Source of the DNA: an uncultured Alphaproteobacteria bacterium
GTDB taxonomy: Bacteria; Pseudomonadota; Alphaproteobacteria; Rhizobiales; Beijerinckiaceae
Length of the DNA stretch: 64,000 nucleotides
Assembly (NCBI GenBank): GCA_963704745.1
Contig: OY969936.1
Span: 2,047,527-2,111,526, forward strand
Reading direction: 5' to 3'
The translations under genes and the position numbers were made by a program. Shown piece after piece: positions 49,608-59,625 of the stretch; the stretch's first letter is position 1, and each line of letters begins with the position of its first letter. Below the pieces are notes generated by a model. The model saw only the letters and a program-made list of their open reading frames with translations, ran no database searches and was not told the DNA's origin.

Positions 49608-50259
49608 GATCTGATCTCTGACAGGCGAGCGCTCAATGCTGGGAATGTTGAACCTTCTGCCGCTGCTTGCACAAGGGATGATCGAGTTGCTTGACCAGCC
49701 CCACTGAGTCCAGTTTGGATGCTAGTGGATTGAGGGGCTCGGCGCCAGCGCGGAGAGCTCGAACAGCTTCAACTCGGATCGAATAGGATCAATGCATCCT
49801 TGGCGACGCGCGCGGCTTAGAAGCCTCTCCGAAATTGCCGACTCACGAAGCAAAGTCCGCTTCTGGCGCAATTGAGAATATGGAGCGAGTTCCCCCGAAC
49901 GGACGTTGCCCGAAACGGCAGGCCCGGTCCTCAATTGGAGCGCGACGGACCGCATAATGCCGCGTTAGAGCCATGAGCCACGGTCCGAAAGCCGAAACAG
50001 GCAGGGACAGACATGACCCCCGATGAGGATTAGGTTGAGACTGTACCGGGAAACGCCCTCTGGGCCCGAGCAAGCTGATGTCGTTGGTATATTTGTTGGT
50101 ATAGCGGAATTGATTTGCCGAAAAACTTCCGTAAAATCATGCGTGCTGCCCGGACCCGGTATGGCGCTTGATGACGGTTTTCGTGAGGAAGCCGTCATGC
50201 CGATCCGCGACGTTCGAGGTGCGATCTGTGGAAAGCCGCAACGGCGCGGAGGAACTGCA

Positions 50260-50469
50260 ATGGCGAATTTGGAAGCAGGCGAAGAGATTTTGATTCAGAA
50301 AAAGCCAAACGGCAAATGGGGCATATTTCTGCGCCTGAACGACTATGCCGAACCTTTCGACATCGGGCGCGAGTTGAAGACCGAAGAAATGGCCGAAGGC
50401 TGGGTCGACACGACCGAATGCAACAATCTGATCGACCAGTTCATCAGCAAATATCGCGGCAAGGCCTGA
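50260..50469 (+). CDS. Small hypothetical protein, 69 aa
   Basis: GGAGGA RBS, ATG 50260, host-like codon usage; MANLEAGEEILIQKKPNGKWGIFLRL...KYRGKA. Confidence 0.7.
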   Translation: MANLEAGEEILIQKKPNGKWGIFLRLNDYAEPFDIGRELKTEEMAEGWVDTTECNNLIDQFISKYRGKA

Positions 50470-50513
50470 CTCGCCCGCACCGCACTATAAGGCGACGAGT
50501 ACGAGCTGTTCGC

Positions 50514-50949
50514 CACCCCGAATGGGACGGGGAGCCGCCAGAGCCGGAACAACCCGGCCCGCCGCGACCGGGACCGGGACCAGGCGAACCACCGCCGGAG
50601 CCGCCGGGCGGCGGCGAGGAGGAAGACCCGCCCCAAAAGATCAAGATCAAGCTCGCCGACGGCAAAGAGCGCGCGATTCAACACATGACGGCGACAACCT
50701 TCTGGAGCGCCGATGGCCGCCCCATGTCAGCGGCGCAATTCGTTGAAAACCTGTTTGGCGAATTGCCGGCGTTCTTCAAGGACGAAGACGAGTTGCGGCT
50801 GATCCGGAGCCGGCCGGATACGCGCAAGGCTCTGTTGCAGGGGCTCTCAGAGAAGGGCTTTGGCCCGTCGCAACTTGGCGAAATCAGGGGCCTGATCGAA
50901 GCCGAGAACAGCGACATTTTCGACGTGCTGGGTTACGTCGCCTTCACGC
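50514..50949 (+). pseudogene. hsdR: Internal fragment of a type I restriction enzyme R subunit (EcoEI R C-terminal domain)
   Basis: PEWDGEP, Pro-rich linker, KIKIKLADGKERAIQHMTATTFWSADGRPMSAAQFVENLFGELP.FFKDEDELR...SDIFDVLGYVAF; no helicase domain and both ends broken. Confidence 0.8.
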
Positions 50950-51316
50950 AATGCGTTTGTCAGGTTTCAGCGGCATTTGAATCCCCCTGTAAGGCCCCCA
51001 TTTTATCAGTTAAATCATTGCGTTAAGCCGAGATAGGCAACTCCGGAGCGCCCGGCACTTCACGCTTCGGCTATGTGAATTGTGGCGGGGCCGTAGCCAT
51101 TCTCGCTCGCGCAAAATAGCGATGCTTGGTTGTACATAGTAACTTTTTGTTAGCTGTTGCGGGATCGCAACAAGGCGTGATGGCTTATCCGGCGCTTGGC
51201 GCCCCCGGGGCGCGTCGGCATCAATTGCCTTCAATTATCGCCTTTGGGGCGCCATCTATCGGCTTCGGGGCGCCACCAGACGCTGTATCCGATCAGGCAA
51301 TGTCGCCTTCGAGCCG

Positions 51317-51595
51317 TTGATCGAGGTTTCATGCAGGATTGGCGAGCGACCGATTTGTGTCAGGTTAAGACCAACGGGGAGGACCACGGCAACGACGGCT
51401 TCGAGCCGTTTGCAGACTGCGCTCGGCCTGGCCGATGGTCTGCCCTTTCCCGATATCGCCCGGCGCCGACAGTTCGTCTGCACGCAATGCGGCGGCCGGC
51501 GTGTGTCGGTCTCGCCGGATTGGCAGGCGCACTGGGCCTATGGACCGCAGCGGGGGCAAGCCGAAATGACGGCCCGCCGCGACAGCAGCACCTAG
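51317..51595 (+). CDS. Possible small Zn-ribbon protein, probably degenerate
   Basis: FVCTQCGGRRVSVSPDW (one CxxC); the N-terminal Cys pair is imperfect. Confidence 0.35.
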   Translation: MIEVSCRIGERPICVRLRPTGRTTATTASSRLQTALGLADGLPFPDIARRRQFVCTQCGGRRVSVSPDWQAHWAYGPQRGQAEMTARRDSST

Positions 51596-52032
51596 GGCAG
51601 CGAGATCGCCAGCCCGCTCAGGTCGGCATTGGCGATCAACCCGACCTGCGGGCCGGACAGCGTCAACACGGCGCCTTTTTCGTTGCGCAGCACGATCGCC
51701 TGCGCCCCGAAACCGAGCGCGGCGCCGGCGCCGGCGGCCCCATAAACGCCGGCGACGTCCGACGGGCGTCGGATGTGGCTCACCCGGCCGAACAGCCTTG
51801 TCACCGAAGCGCCGAAGACGAGCCCCGCGCTCAAGCCCCCAACCGTCAGCGGATAGCGCCGCCCGTGGAAGATCAGCGTGCCGCCGCCGCCGGATGCGCC
51901 GATGAACCAGCCTCCCTTCAACACCGAAATCCAAATGGCGCCGGAATCGGCGTGTGCGGCGAACGAAACGCCCGCACCGGCCAACGCAACCAGAGCGACG
52001 AGAGCGGCACGAAATCCCGACGAAAATCGCAT
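51592..52032 (-). CDS. Exported Gly-rich hypothetical protein
   Basis: Signal peptide (FAAHA), GGWFIGASGGGGTLIFHGRRYPLTVGG...LRNEKGAVLTLSG; GGAG RBS. Confidence 0.8.
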   Translation of the reverse strand: MRFSSGFRAALVALVALAGAGVSFAAHADSGAIWISVLKGGWFIGASGGGGTLIFHGRRYPLTVGGLSAGLVFGASVTRLFGRVSHIRRPSDVAGVYGAAGAGAALGFGAQAIVLRNEKGAVLTLSGPQVGLIANADLSGLAISLP

Positions 52033-52451
52033 GGTGGAGTCTCCTTGGGTCCTAGAGAGGCGCGTATAATGGGCAATGCTTGGCAAAGCGCCAGAAGCCG
52101 CAACTCGGCTCGATGAGGAGGAGAAAGGTCTCATTGCTAATGACACCCCTGGCGCTGAGCAGAACGCCACTATCATCAACGCGCCCGGCCCTTTACAAGC
52201 TGATCATGACGAGCCGAAAGCCGCAAGCCAAGCGCGCCGGATTTACAAAAAGACAGCGCGCCGCAAGGCCCGACTCGGCCGCGCCGCACCGCACTATAAG
52301 GGCTTCGGCGCCCGCGGCGCGTTTCTTGCGTCTTGCAGAGACGAGGATTTGCTGCGCGGCCCGATTATTCTCATCGATCGGGCGTGATCGCTCGCTTTGA
52401 GCGTGACGTTGGCGCATGCCGGTCCGCATTTCGGACCCGAGCCAGGGACCC

Positions 52452-52566
52452 TAGAGCATCCCGCCTTCAAGTGGAATCACTTGAGGGCGGATAAGATGCT
52501 CTAGATTTAAAAAATAGAGCATCGTTCAAGCGCAAAACCGCATACACTTTTGCGCGCGATGCTCTA
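52452..52566. repeat. MITE-like repeat copy 5
   Basis: Unit B 52452-52503 plus unit A 52515-52566, C/G flanked; nearly identical to copy 3. Confidence 0.92.
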
Positions 52567-52580
52567 GGGAGCTGGAAACC

Positions 52581-52856
52581 ATGACGGACAAGCAAGAGCC
52601 GACGGTGTTCATGGAAGGAGGCGACGAGTACGAGCTGTTCGCGAGCGAGGACAAGACTGCCTATCTTCTGCGATTCAAGACGGAGGAACTGTCGGTTCCG
52701 CTGGCGGGCGATCAGCTCGCGGCTTTCCTGAAGGAATATGACACCGTCAAAAAGGCCTATCCTCATTATGGTCCGGACCAGCGGCTGGCGCAGATCTGGG
52801 ATCAGGGCGGCTACAGCTGGCTTGCCATGGAGGCGACCGGCGACGGCGAGGCATGA
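52581..52856 (+). CDS. Hypothetical acidic protein, 91 aa
   Basis: GGGAG upstream, host-like codons; MTDKQEPTVFMEGGDEYELF...LAQIWDQGGYSWLA. Confidence 0.75.
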   Translation: MTDKQEPTVFMEGGDEYELFASEDKTAYLLRFKTEELSVPLAGDQLAAFLKEYDTVKKAYPHYGPDQRLAQIWDQGGYSWLAMEATGDGEA

Positions 52857-52898
52857 GATTTTCCAGAGGGTAAGACGACTGCCCGCTGTCCGGCGGCT

Positions 52899-54077
52899 CT
52901 ACTTCGCAGCCGCGGCGAAAAGATTCGGGTGGCTTTGCTCTATATAGGCTTTCACCATCGCCGCCCGGATCGTGTTCGCAAAGGCGGTTGGATGGCGGTC
53001 GCCGGGGATTACCAGCTGCATTCCTGGATAATCGGCTGAATGAAGCGTCGCATCGATCACGTCGAGACCGGAGGCGCGCATCTGCTGGATGATCTCCGAA
53101 TCGCTGTAGCCGGAACGGCGAAGATAACGTGCCTCGCTGCGCATATTGCGCATATAGAGAATGAGCGTCGGCGCGTTATATTTCTGCCGCCCCAATTCCG
53201 CCGCCCGCGCAAGAATGGCGATGTAGAGATCGATATCCTTATGGCTGGGGCCGCCCAGCGCCGGCTCGATGAAGACGTGATAGAGCGCGGTATTGGCGAA
53301 TAATGCCCTGAGCATGTCCGTCCAATGCTGGTAACAGGCGCCGCGATAGACGGGACGGCCGCCGACCATCTCATAGCGTGGCGCGCGCAACATGAAGCCC
53401 GCCGTGCAGGACGTGCGCTCCGCATGCCAGGCCGCGGTCTCATAGACGAAGAGACGCATCTGCTGGCGCAGAAGCTTGTCGAACATATTGGTTTCGAGCG
53501 CACGCAGAAATTGCTGCGGACCATAGCCGGGAAAGCCGAAATTCAAAACGCGGATTTTGCGATCATAGAGGTCGGCGAAGACCTGTGGCAGGGTCTGCTT
53601 GTCCTCCATGCCGGTTCCGAAAGTGAAGGAATCGCCGAAGAAGGCCACGGTCGGTCCACTCTTTGCGGAGATCACCTGACGGTTGAGGTTTTCGTCGATC
53701 GTATAATTGACGTCATAGATGAGACGCCCGCTTCGTGCCTCGAATTTGGTGTGAGGGAAGACGCCCGCATGCCCGGGACCCCAGCCCAGAATCGGCCGCG
53801 ACACGGAATAGCCGCGGGCACGGATGTCGATGGGTCGCCCCTCAATGACGACCGAGAGGGCTTCGACGCAAGCAAGCCCCACCAAGATGGTTGCGACGGC
53901 TATCGAAAGATCCCGAATGCGGCCGCGCAAGATCGCGGTGAGATAGACCGCGAGCGCGGCGATCAGCGCAAAATATTTGAAGCTGCTCCAATTATCATAA
54001 GGCGCAGCACAGACGTACCAGAGTATGGCGAGAATGGCGATCGGAGCGACGATTTTCGCTACACGACGATAGACCAT
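52899..54077 (-). CDS. SGNH/GDSL hydrolase-like membrane-anchored protein (possible polysaccharide O-acetylation factor)
   Basis: Three N-terminal TM segments; FFGDSFTFG, LNFGFPGYG, DRHPTAFAN (D-x-H). Confidence 0.82.
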   Translation of the reverse strand: MVYRRVAKIVAPIAILAILWYVCAAPYDNWSSFKYFALIAALAVYLTAILRGRIRDLSIAVATILVGLACVEALSVVIEGRPIDIRARGYSVSRPILGWGPGHAGVFPHTKFEARSGRLIYDVNYTIDENLNRQVISAKSGPTVAFFGDSFTFGTGMEDKQTLPQVFADLYDRKIRVLNFGFPGYGPQQFLRALETNMFDKLLRQQMRLFVYETAAWHAERTSCTAGFMLRAPRYEMVGGRPVYRGACYQHWTDMLRALFANTALYHVFIEPALGGPSHKDIDLYIAILARAAELGRQKYNAPTLILYMRNMRSEARYLRRSGYSDSEIIQQMRASGLDVIDATLHSADYPGMQLVIPGDRHPTAFANTIRAAMVKAYIEQSHPNLFAAAAK

Positions 54078-54111
54078 GATCGGAAACCGGCTCCCGTGAC
54101 AGCGCCGTGCC

Positions 54112-54228
54112 TAGAGCATCCCGCTTTCAAATGGAATCATTTGAAAGCGGATAAGATGCTCTAGATTTAAAAAAGTAGAGCATCGGATTATCCCAAAACC
54201 GGTATCCACTTTTGGGTCCGATGCTCTA
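54112..54228. repeat. MITE-like repeat copy 6
   Basis: Unit B 54112-54163 plus unit A 54177-54228 (cggattatcccaaaaccggtatccacttttgggtccg variant). Confidence 0.92.
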
Positions 54229-54278
54229 GCAGACTTGGCCACAGGGATCAACGCGCGCCGACGCCGCAAGCGCCTCGC

Positions 54279-56192
54279 TCAGCCCTTCTGATCGGGCAGA
54301 TTGAGCCTGATGTGCAATTCCCGCAATTGTTTCGCCGTGACCGGCGAAGGCGCGCCCATGAGCAGATCCTCGGCCTTCTGATTCATCGGGAAGAGCACGA
54401 CCTCACGCAGATTCTCTTCGCCCGCCAGCAACATGACGATGCGGTCGACGCCCGGCGCTATGCCGCCATGCGGCGGCGCACCATAGTGGAAGGCGCGATA
54501 CATGCCGCCGAATTTCTCGAGCAGCACGGCCTCGTCATAGCCGGCAAGCGCAAAGGCCTTCTTCATAATGTCGGGGCGGTGATTGCGGATCGCGCCCGAC
54601 GACAATTCAGTGCCGTTGCAGACGATGTCATATTGAAAGGCCTTGATCGACAGGACCCTCGCCTGATCGGCCGGATCGAGCGCGACGAAGGCGTCATGAT
54701 CGTAATTCGGCATCGAGAAGGGATTGTGCGAGAAGTCGATCTTCTTCTCTTCGTCGTTCCACTCATACATGGGGAAGTCGACGATCCAGCAGAATTCGAA
54801 GACGTCCTTCTTGGCGAGATCGAGTTCGCTACCGAGTTTTTGGCGCGCGAGGCCGGCGAATTTATAGATGTCGTCCGGCTTGCCGAGGACGAAGAAGACG
54901 GCGTCCCCCGCCTTGAGGCCTTCCGGCCGCAACAACCGATAGGGTGTCGCGACTTCAAGCGGGAATTTTTCACCGCTCGCCGCTTCGAGTTCCGGCGCCG
55001 GCACATGCACCCATTCGCCCGGCAGGCCATTGAGCCCTTGCCGAATATATTCGGTCCGCTCCGGCCCGACATTCTTGGCGACGGGGCCGGCACCAGTCTC
55101 TTCACCCTCGCGCCAAAAAATATAGGCAAGCCCCGGCTGGCCTTCGCTCTTCGCCCACGAGTCCATGCGGTCGCAGAAGGTGCGCTGGCCGCCGCCCGGC
55201 GCCGGAATGGCCCAGACGCGCGCCTCGGGATCAGAGGCGAGTTTTTTCGCAAAAACGCCGAAGCCGGAATCGCGGAAGGCCGCAGTCGCATCATGGATGA
55301 GCAGAGGATTGCGTAGATCCGGCTTGTCGGAGCCGAAGGCGCGGATCGCGGCGCTATAGGAAACAAGCGGAAATTTCTGCGTCACCGGCCGGCCTTCGCC
55401 GAATTCCTCAAAGATGCCGCGCAGCACCGGCTCGACGGCGGCGAAGACATCCTCCTGGGTGACGAAGCTCATTTCGATATCGAGCTGATAGAATTCGCCG
55501 GGACTGCGGTCGGCGCGCGCATCCTCGTCGCGAAAACAGGGCGCAATCTGGAAATAGCGGTCGAACCCCGCCACCATGGTGAGCTGCTTGAACTGCTGCG
55601 GCGCCTGCGGCAGCGCATAGAATTTGCCGGGATGGAGCCGCGACGGCACGAGAAAGTCGCGCGCCCCTTCCGGGCTCGAAGCGGTGAGGATCGGCGTCTG
55701 GAATTCAAAGAAGCCTTGGCTCTTCATCCGCGCTCTGAGGCTGTCGATGATTGCACCGCGCAACATGATGTTTCTGTGCAGCTTGTCGCGGCGCAGATCG
55801 AGGAAGCGATATTTGAGCCGCATGTCCTCGGGATAATGATGCTCGCCAAAGACCGGCAGAGGCAATTCGGCGGCTGCGCCTAAAACTTCGATGTCGGTGA
55901 CATAGACTTCGACGAAGCCCGTCGGCATCTCGGGATTTTCAGTACCCTCCGGTCGGCGGCGCACATGGCCGTCGCAGCGCACGACCCATTCGGAGCGCAG
56001 TTTTTCCGCTGCGCCGAAAGCCTTGGAATCAGGATCGACGACGCATTGGGTGATGCCGTAGTGATCGCGCAGATCGATGAACAGCACACCGCCATGATCG
56101 CGAATGCGATGGCACCATCCCGAAACTCGCACCTCTTTGCCGGCCTGCGTCTCGCGCAAGTCGCCGCAGCTGTGCGTACGATAGCGATGCAT
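54279..56192 (-). CDS. aspS: Aspartate-tRNA ligase, probably non-discriminating (Asp/Asn)
   Basis: [25 protein letters not shown] (His) and RPEG (Gly) as in non-discriminating enzymes, [22 protein letters not shown]. Confidence 0.97.
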   Translation of the reverse strand: MHRYRTHSCGDLRETQAGKEVRVSGWCHRIRDHGGVLFIDLRDHYGITQCVVDPDSKAFGAAEKLRSEWVVRCDGHVRRRPEGTENPEMPTGFVEVYVTDIEVLGAAAELPLPVFGEHHYPEDMRLKYRFLDLRRDKLHRNIMLRGAIIDSLRARMKSQGFFEFQTPILTASSPEGARDFLVPSRLHPGKFYALPQAPQQFKQLTMVAGFDRYFQIAPCFRDEDARADRSPGEFYQLDIEMSFVTQEDVFAAVEPVLRGIFEEFGEGRPVTQKFPLVSYSAAIRAFGSDKPDLRNPLLIHDATAAFRDSGFGVFAKKLASDPEARVWAIPAPGGGQRTFCDRMDSWAKSEGQPGLAYIFWREGEETGAGPVAKNVGPERTEYIRQGLNGLPGEWVHVPAPELEAASGEKFPLEVATPYRLLRPEGLKAGDAVFFVLGKPDDIYKFAGLARQKLGSELDLAKKDVFEFCWIVDFPMYEWNDEEKKIDFSHNPFSMPNYDHDAFVALDPADQARVLSIKAFQYDIVCNGTELSSGAIRNHRPDIMKKAFALAGYDEAVLLEKFGGMYRAFHYGAPPHGGIAPGVDRIVMLLAGEENLREVVLFPMNQKAEDLLMGAPSPVTAKQLRELHIRLNLPDQKG

Positions 56193-56254
56193 CATCTCAC
56201 GTGATCTTCCGTTTGCACTCGACACAAGGACGCGGCGAGTCCCTTTGGATTGAC

Positions 56255-56896
56255 TCACTCCGAAGCCAGCGCCTTGTTCAAAGCGTCGAGCGCCTCGCCG
56301 AAGCCATGGAAGCTCATCGCCAGCACCACCTCGTCGCCGCTCGAATCCTTGAAGGTGATCTGGCCCGTCGTATTGAGGCCATGCCAATATTTAACCGTGG
56401 CATCTGCGAGCTCCGTTTCGGCGAAACAGCCGCCCGATACGCAGCGCACCCAGTCGAGCCGAACGCCCCAAATATCCTTGTCGTTGCTGCGGATATGCAC
56501 CGAACTGGGGAATGAGACATTGTTCGGCAGGATGACGATGGCGTGGAGCGCCCCCGCTCCCCCCAGCCGGCCGACCGAAAGCTTGGCGATGGGTCCGGAG
56601 CGGTCCTGCGCCTCGATCGTCTCCGAGATCTCGCAGGCACGATTCGCCTTCGGAGCGTCTTTCTCTTGCTCCTTTTTTTTGCCCTCTTTGCGGCAGCGCA
56701 GCGCCCAAGCCCCAAAAGCGGTCGTAACGATCTGCGATTCGGGCGTCGGCGCCGCCCTTGTGTGCGCGTGCTCTGCCGGCGCCGCTTTCGCCTCCGGTTT
56801 GGCAGCGGCTGCCGGCGGCTCCTCGGCCAAGGCAGGTGCCGCAAGGCCTGCGACGATAACAAAGGACCAGAAAGTGAGGCTGTGACGATGCGACAT
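56255..56896 (-). CDS. Invasion-associated locus B (IalB) family protein
   Basis: Signal peptide, FGAWALRC...CEISE...ILPNNV...[11 protein letters not shown]...[12 protein letters not shown]. Confidence 0.85.
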   Translation of the reverse strand: MSHRHSLTFWSFVIVAGLAAPALAEEPPAAAAKPEAKAAPAEHAHTRAAPTPESQIVTTAFGAWALRCRKEGKKKEQEKDAPKANRACEISETIEAQDRSGPIAKLSVGRLGGAGALHAIVILPNNVSFPSSVHIRSNDKDIWGVRLDWVRCVSGGCFAETELADATVKYWHGLNTTGQITFKDSSGDEVVLAMSFHGFGEALDALNKALASE

Positions 56897-57087
56897 ACGA
56901 GGCCAAAACTGCAAGCTGTGAGTGGAAGGAGCCCTCCATATACTAGAAATTCGCGGTTCGATAGGCCGCTTCCGCGCCGCCGCGCTCCCGGCTCCGAGCG
57001 GCGCGCCCGAATAAGAACAACAGAGGAACATATGGCGCAAGGATCAGAACTCTGGAAGCCGGACGGCCTTTCCGATATTTACGGACG

Positions 57088-58257
57088 ATGAGCTTGATCA
57101 CCACGAGTCGCGAATTGGCGGAGATCTGCCGCCGCATGGCCCGCCATCCATTCGTCACCGTGGACACGGAATTTTTGCGGGAGACGACATTTTGGCCAAA
57201 ACTCTGCGTCGTCCAGCTCGCCTCGCCGGATGAGGCCGTCGCGATCGATGCCCTGGCCGAGGGGCTCGATCTCGCGCCCCTCTTCGCCCTCATGGCCGAT
57301 GCCAATATACTCAAGGTCTTCCATGCGGCGCGCCAGGATATAGAAATCATCTGGAATTTGGCGAAGCTGATCCCGGCGCCTCTGTTCGACACGCAGGTCG
57401 CGGCCATGGTCTGCGGCTTCGGCGACCAGATCTCCTACAGCGAATTGGTGCAGTCCGTCTGCCGCGTCAGTCTCGACAAATCCTCCCGCTTCACCGATTG
57501 GTCGCGCCGGCCGCTCTCCGAGGCGCAAGTCGACTATGCGATCGCCGATGTGACGCATCTGCGCGACATCTATTGGTATCTGTGGCGGCGGCTGGAGAAG
57601 ACCGGCCGGCTCTCCTGGCTCGACGATGAAATGGCGCTTTTGAGCAGGCCTTCCACCTATCAGCAACATCCGAGCAATGCCTGGGAGCGGTTCCGCAACC
57701 GGGCCCGCAAGCCGCGCGATCTGGCTGTGCTGATCGAAGTGGCGGCCTGGCGCGAGGCCGAGGCGCAGAGCCGCGACGTGCCGCGCTCGCGCGTCTTGAA
57801 GGATGATGTTTTGGTCGAAATCGCGCTTGCGGCGCCGCGGACGCCGGAGGAGCTCTCCAATCTGCGGACATTTCCGCGCGGCATGGAGAGGTCGCGCGGG
57901 GGAATCGATATTCTCGCCGCGGTTCAGCGTGGCCTCGCCCGCGATCAGACGAGTTTGCCGAAGCTCGAAAAGGAGCGCCGCGGCGGCGGCGGCGCGACGG
58001 TCGAACTTTTGAAAGTGTTGTTGCGCCAGGTCGCCGAGGCGGAAGGCGTCGCGCCGAAAATGATCGCGACCGTCGACGAGCTCGAGGCAATCGCCGCCGA
58101 CGATCATGCGAAGGTCGCGGCTCTCGCAGGTTGGCGGCGCGAAATTTTCGGCGCAAAGGCGCTCGAATTGAAGCACGGCCGGCTCGCCCTGACGGTCGAG
58201 CATGGCAAGGTCGTTGCCTTGGAATGGCATGAGACGGCGGAAGAAGCCGCGGAGTAA
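57088..58257 (+). CDS. rnd: Ribonuclease D
   Basis: [56 protein letters not shown] region [13 protein letters not shown]. Confidence 0.96.
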   Translation: MSLITTSRELAEICRRMARHPFVTVDTEFLRETTFWPKLCVVQLASPDEAVAIDALAEGLDLAPLFALMADANILKVFHAARQDIEIIWNLAKLIPAPLFDTQVAAMVCGFGDQISYSELVQSVCRVSLDKSSRFTDWSRRPLSEAQVDYAIADVTHLRDIYWYLWRRLEKTGRLSWLDDEMALLSRPSTYQQHPSNAWERFRNRARKPRDLAVLIEVAAWREAEAQSRDVPRSRVLKDDVLVEIALAAPRTPEELSNLRTFPRGMERSRGGIDILAAVQRGLARDQTSLPKLEKERRGGGGATVELLKVLLRQVAEAEGVAPKMIATVDELEAIAADDHAKVAALAGWRREIFGAKALELKHGRLALTVEHGKVVALEWHETAEEAAE

Positions 58258-58279
58258 GCACAATTCGGGTAGGACGGCG

Positions 58280-58811
58280 ATGAAAGATCTGCCTCTCGCC
58301 AAAGTCTATCAGCTTCTCGAGCCCGGACCTGTCGTCATGCTGACGACGGCGCATAAGGGCCGCGCCAATGTCATGACTCTATCCTGGCATATGATGGTCG
58401 AGTTCGAGCCGCCGCTCGTCGCCTGTATCGTCAGCGAAGCCGATTACAGTTTTGCGGCCTTGCGCAGGACGAAGCAATGCGTGATCGCGATTCCGGCGCT
58501 GGCGCTCGCGAACAAAGTCGTCGCGGTCGGCAATTGCTCCGGCCGCGATCTCGATAAATTTTCCACCTTTGGTCTGACGCCGCTGCCGGCCGAGCGCGTG
58601 GAAGCGCCCGCTCATCGCCGAATGTTTCGCCAATCTCGAATGCGCCGTCGCCGACACGCGCCTGGTGAACAAATATGATCTCTTCGTGCTCGAAGTCGTC
58701 AAAGCCTGGACCGATCCCAAGCAGAAGAACCCGAAGACCATCCACCATCGCGGCTACGGCACATTCGTGGTCGACGGCGAGATCATCAAGCTGAAGTCGA
58801 GGATGCGGTAG
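58280..58811 (+). pseudogene. Flavin reductase-like protein with a single +1 frameshift
   Basis: LLEPGPVVML...NVMTLSWH...GNCSGRDLDKF; deleting one C at 58607-58609 restores APLIAECFANLEC...KTIHHRGYGTFVVDG...SRMR*; span is 532 nt (3n+1). Confidence 0.85.
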
Positions 58812-58820
58812 CGGCGCGGC

Positions 58821-58908
58821 TAGAACGTGATTCAGTCAAGTTGAATCGGGTATCATGCACTGAGTTTTTGAAAAGGCATCGCTTGTTGCGAAATTTGCAG
58901 ATGCTCTA
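58821..58908. repeat. MITE-like repeat copy 7 (diverged)
   Basis: Begins CTAGAACG, contains tcaagttgaatc (unit B core variant), ends ATGCTCTA. Confidence 0.65.
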
Positions 58909-58961
58909 ACTCACGCCAGGAAATATTCACAAATGCAGCCACGTCATCGCCGTTGCAGCAC

Positions 58962-58978
58962 CTATCTATAATTGATAG
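58962..58978 (+). promoter_or_regulatory. Candidate parDE -10 box inside an operator palindrome
   Basis: CTATC-TATAAT-T-GATAG upstream of the AGGAG RBS of parD; type II TA operons typically autorepress at such palindromes. Confidence 0.5.
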
Positions 58979-58999
58979 CGTTCAATAGGAGTTTTTACG

Positions 59000-59248
59000 A
59001 TGGCTAAGAACAGCTCCGTCGAGATCGGCGATTATTTTGCGTCTTTCGTCGAGGCACAGGTCGCGGAAGGACGCTACACCTCGGCGAGAGATGTCGTTCA
59101 GGCCGGCTTGCGTCTGCTGGAGGAGCACGAGGCCAAGCGAGCAGCCCTCCGCGCAGCGCTGCTCGAAGGCGAAACGAGCGGCGCGGCAACACCCTTCGAT
59201 TTTGAGGCTTTTATCGCTCGCAAGCGTGCGGCCTCGCCTAACCAATGA
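59000..59248 (+). CDS. parD: ParD-family (RHH) antitoxin
   Basis: SVEIGDYFASFVEAQVAEGRYTSARDVVQAGLRLLEEHE...LRAALLEGETSG...FDFEAF. Confidence 0.92.
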   Translation: MAKNSSVEIGDYFASFVEAQVAEGRYTSARDVVQAGLRLLEEHEAKRAALRAALLEGETSGAATPFDFEAFIARKRAASPNQ

Positions 59249-59535
59249 GCCGCTCTCGCTTATCGCCGCGTGCACAAGCCGATATTGAAGAGATCTGGGA
59301 TTACACCGCAGCCCGTTGGGGGCTCGATCAAGCCGAGATTTATCTTCGGCAAATTATGGCGGCGATCGAAACTGTCGCTGCCGCCCCAAACCGCGGCCGA
59401 TCTTGCGCCGACGTGCGCGCCGGCTATTGGAAATACCCAGTAGGCTCGCACACCCTGTTTTATCGGAACACTACAAATGGCGTCGAAATCATGCGCATCC
59501 TGCATATGCGCATGGACTTCGGCCGTCACCTTTAG
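59245..59535 (+). CDS. parE: ParE-family toxin
   Basis: LSPRAQADIEEIWDYT..RWG..QAEIY...GRSC..VRAGYWKYPVGSHTLFY...EIMRILHMRMD; ATGA overlap; stop TAG is the first triplet of repeat copy 8. Confidence 0.93.
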   Translation: MSRSRLSPRAQADIEEIWDYTAARWGLDQAEIYLRQIMAAIETVAAAPNRGRSCADVRAGYWKYPVGSHTLFYRNTTNGVEIMRILHMRMDFGRHL

Positions 59536-59625
59536 AGCATCGGACCCAAAAGTGTGAACCGGTTTTGGGATAATCCGATGCTCAAACAAAAGGCTGCCAA
59601 TTCTATTTGAACGCACGCCGTTCTA
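59533..59625. repeat. MITE-like repeat copy 8 (unit A + truncated unit B, reverse orientation)
   Basis: TAGAGCATcggacccaaaagtgtgaaccggttttgggataatccgATGCTC, then attctatttgaa (reverse of the ttcaaatagaat unit B core), ending CGTTCTAG. Confidence 0.85.

Larger units (their letters stand above)
19964..50250. mobile_element. tRNA-Thr-adjacent surface-polysaccharide genomic island (right boundary approximate)
   Basis: Begins at the tRNA 3' end; many more A/T-ending codons than the flanks; no copies of the host MITE; IS and pseudogene scars. No integrase or attR found. Confidence 0.6.

Noticed and set aside
49608-50250. Short ORFs at the island's right edge
   Set aside because: Interrupted by stops in all frames and no recognisable family; probably a decayed gene.
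50965-51030. tttgaatccccctgtaaggccccca as a tRNA-like attR
   Set aside because: Does not match the 3' end of tRNA-Thr or tRNA-Tyr in this window.
52076-52387. ORF with KGLIA...ATIINAP, faintly like an IS5 transposase segment
   Set aside because: No DDE context or terminal repeats; similarity too weak without a search.
1153-59625. Repeat copies as a CRISPR array
   Set aside because: Dispersed, not regularly spaced; no spacers or cas genes.
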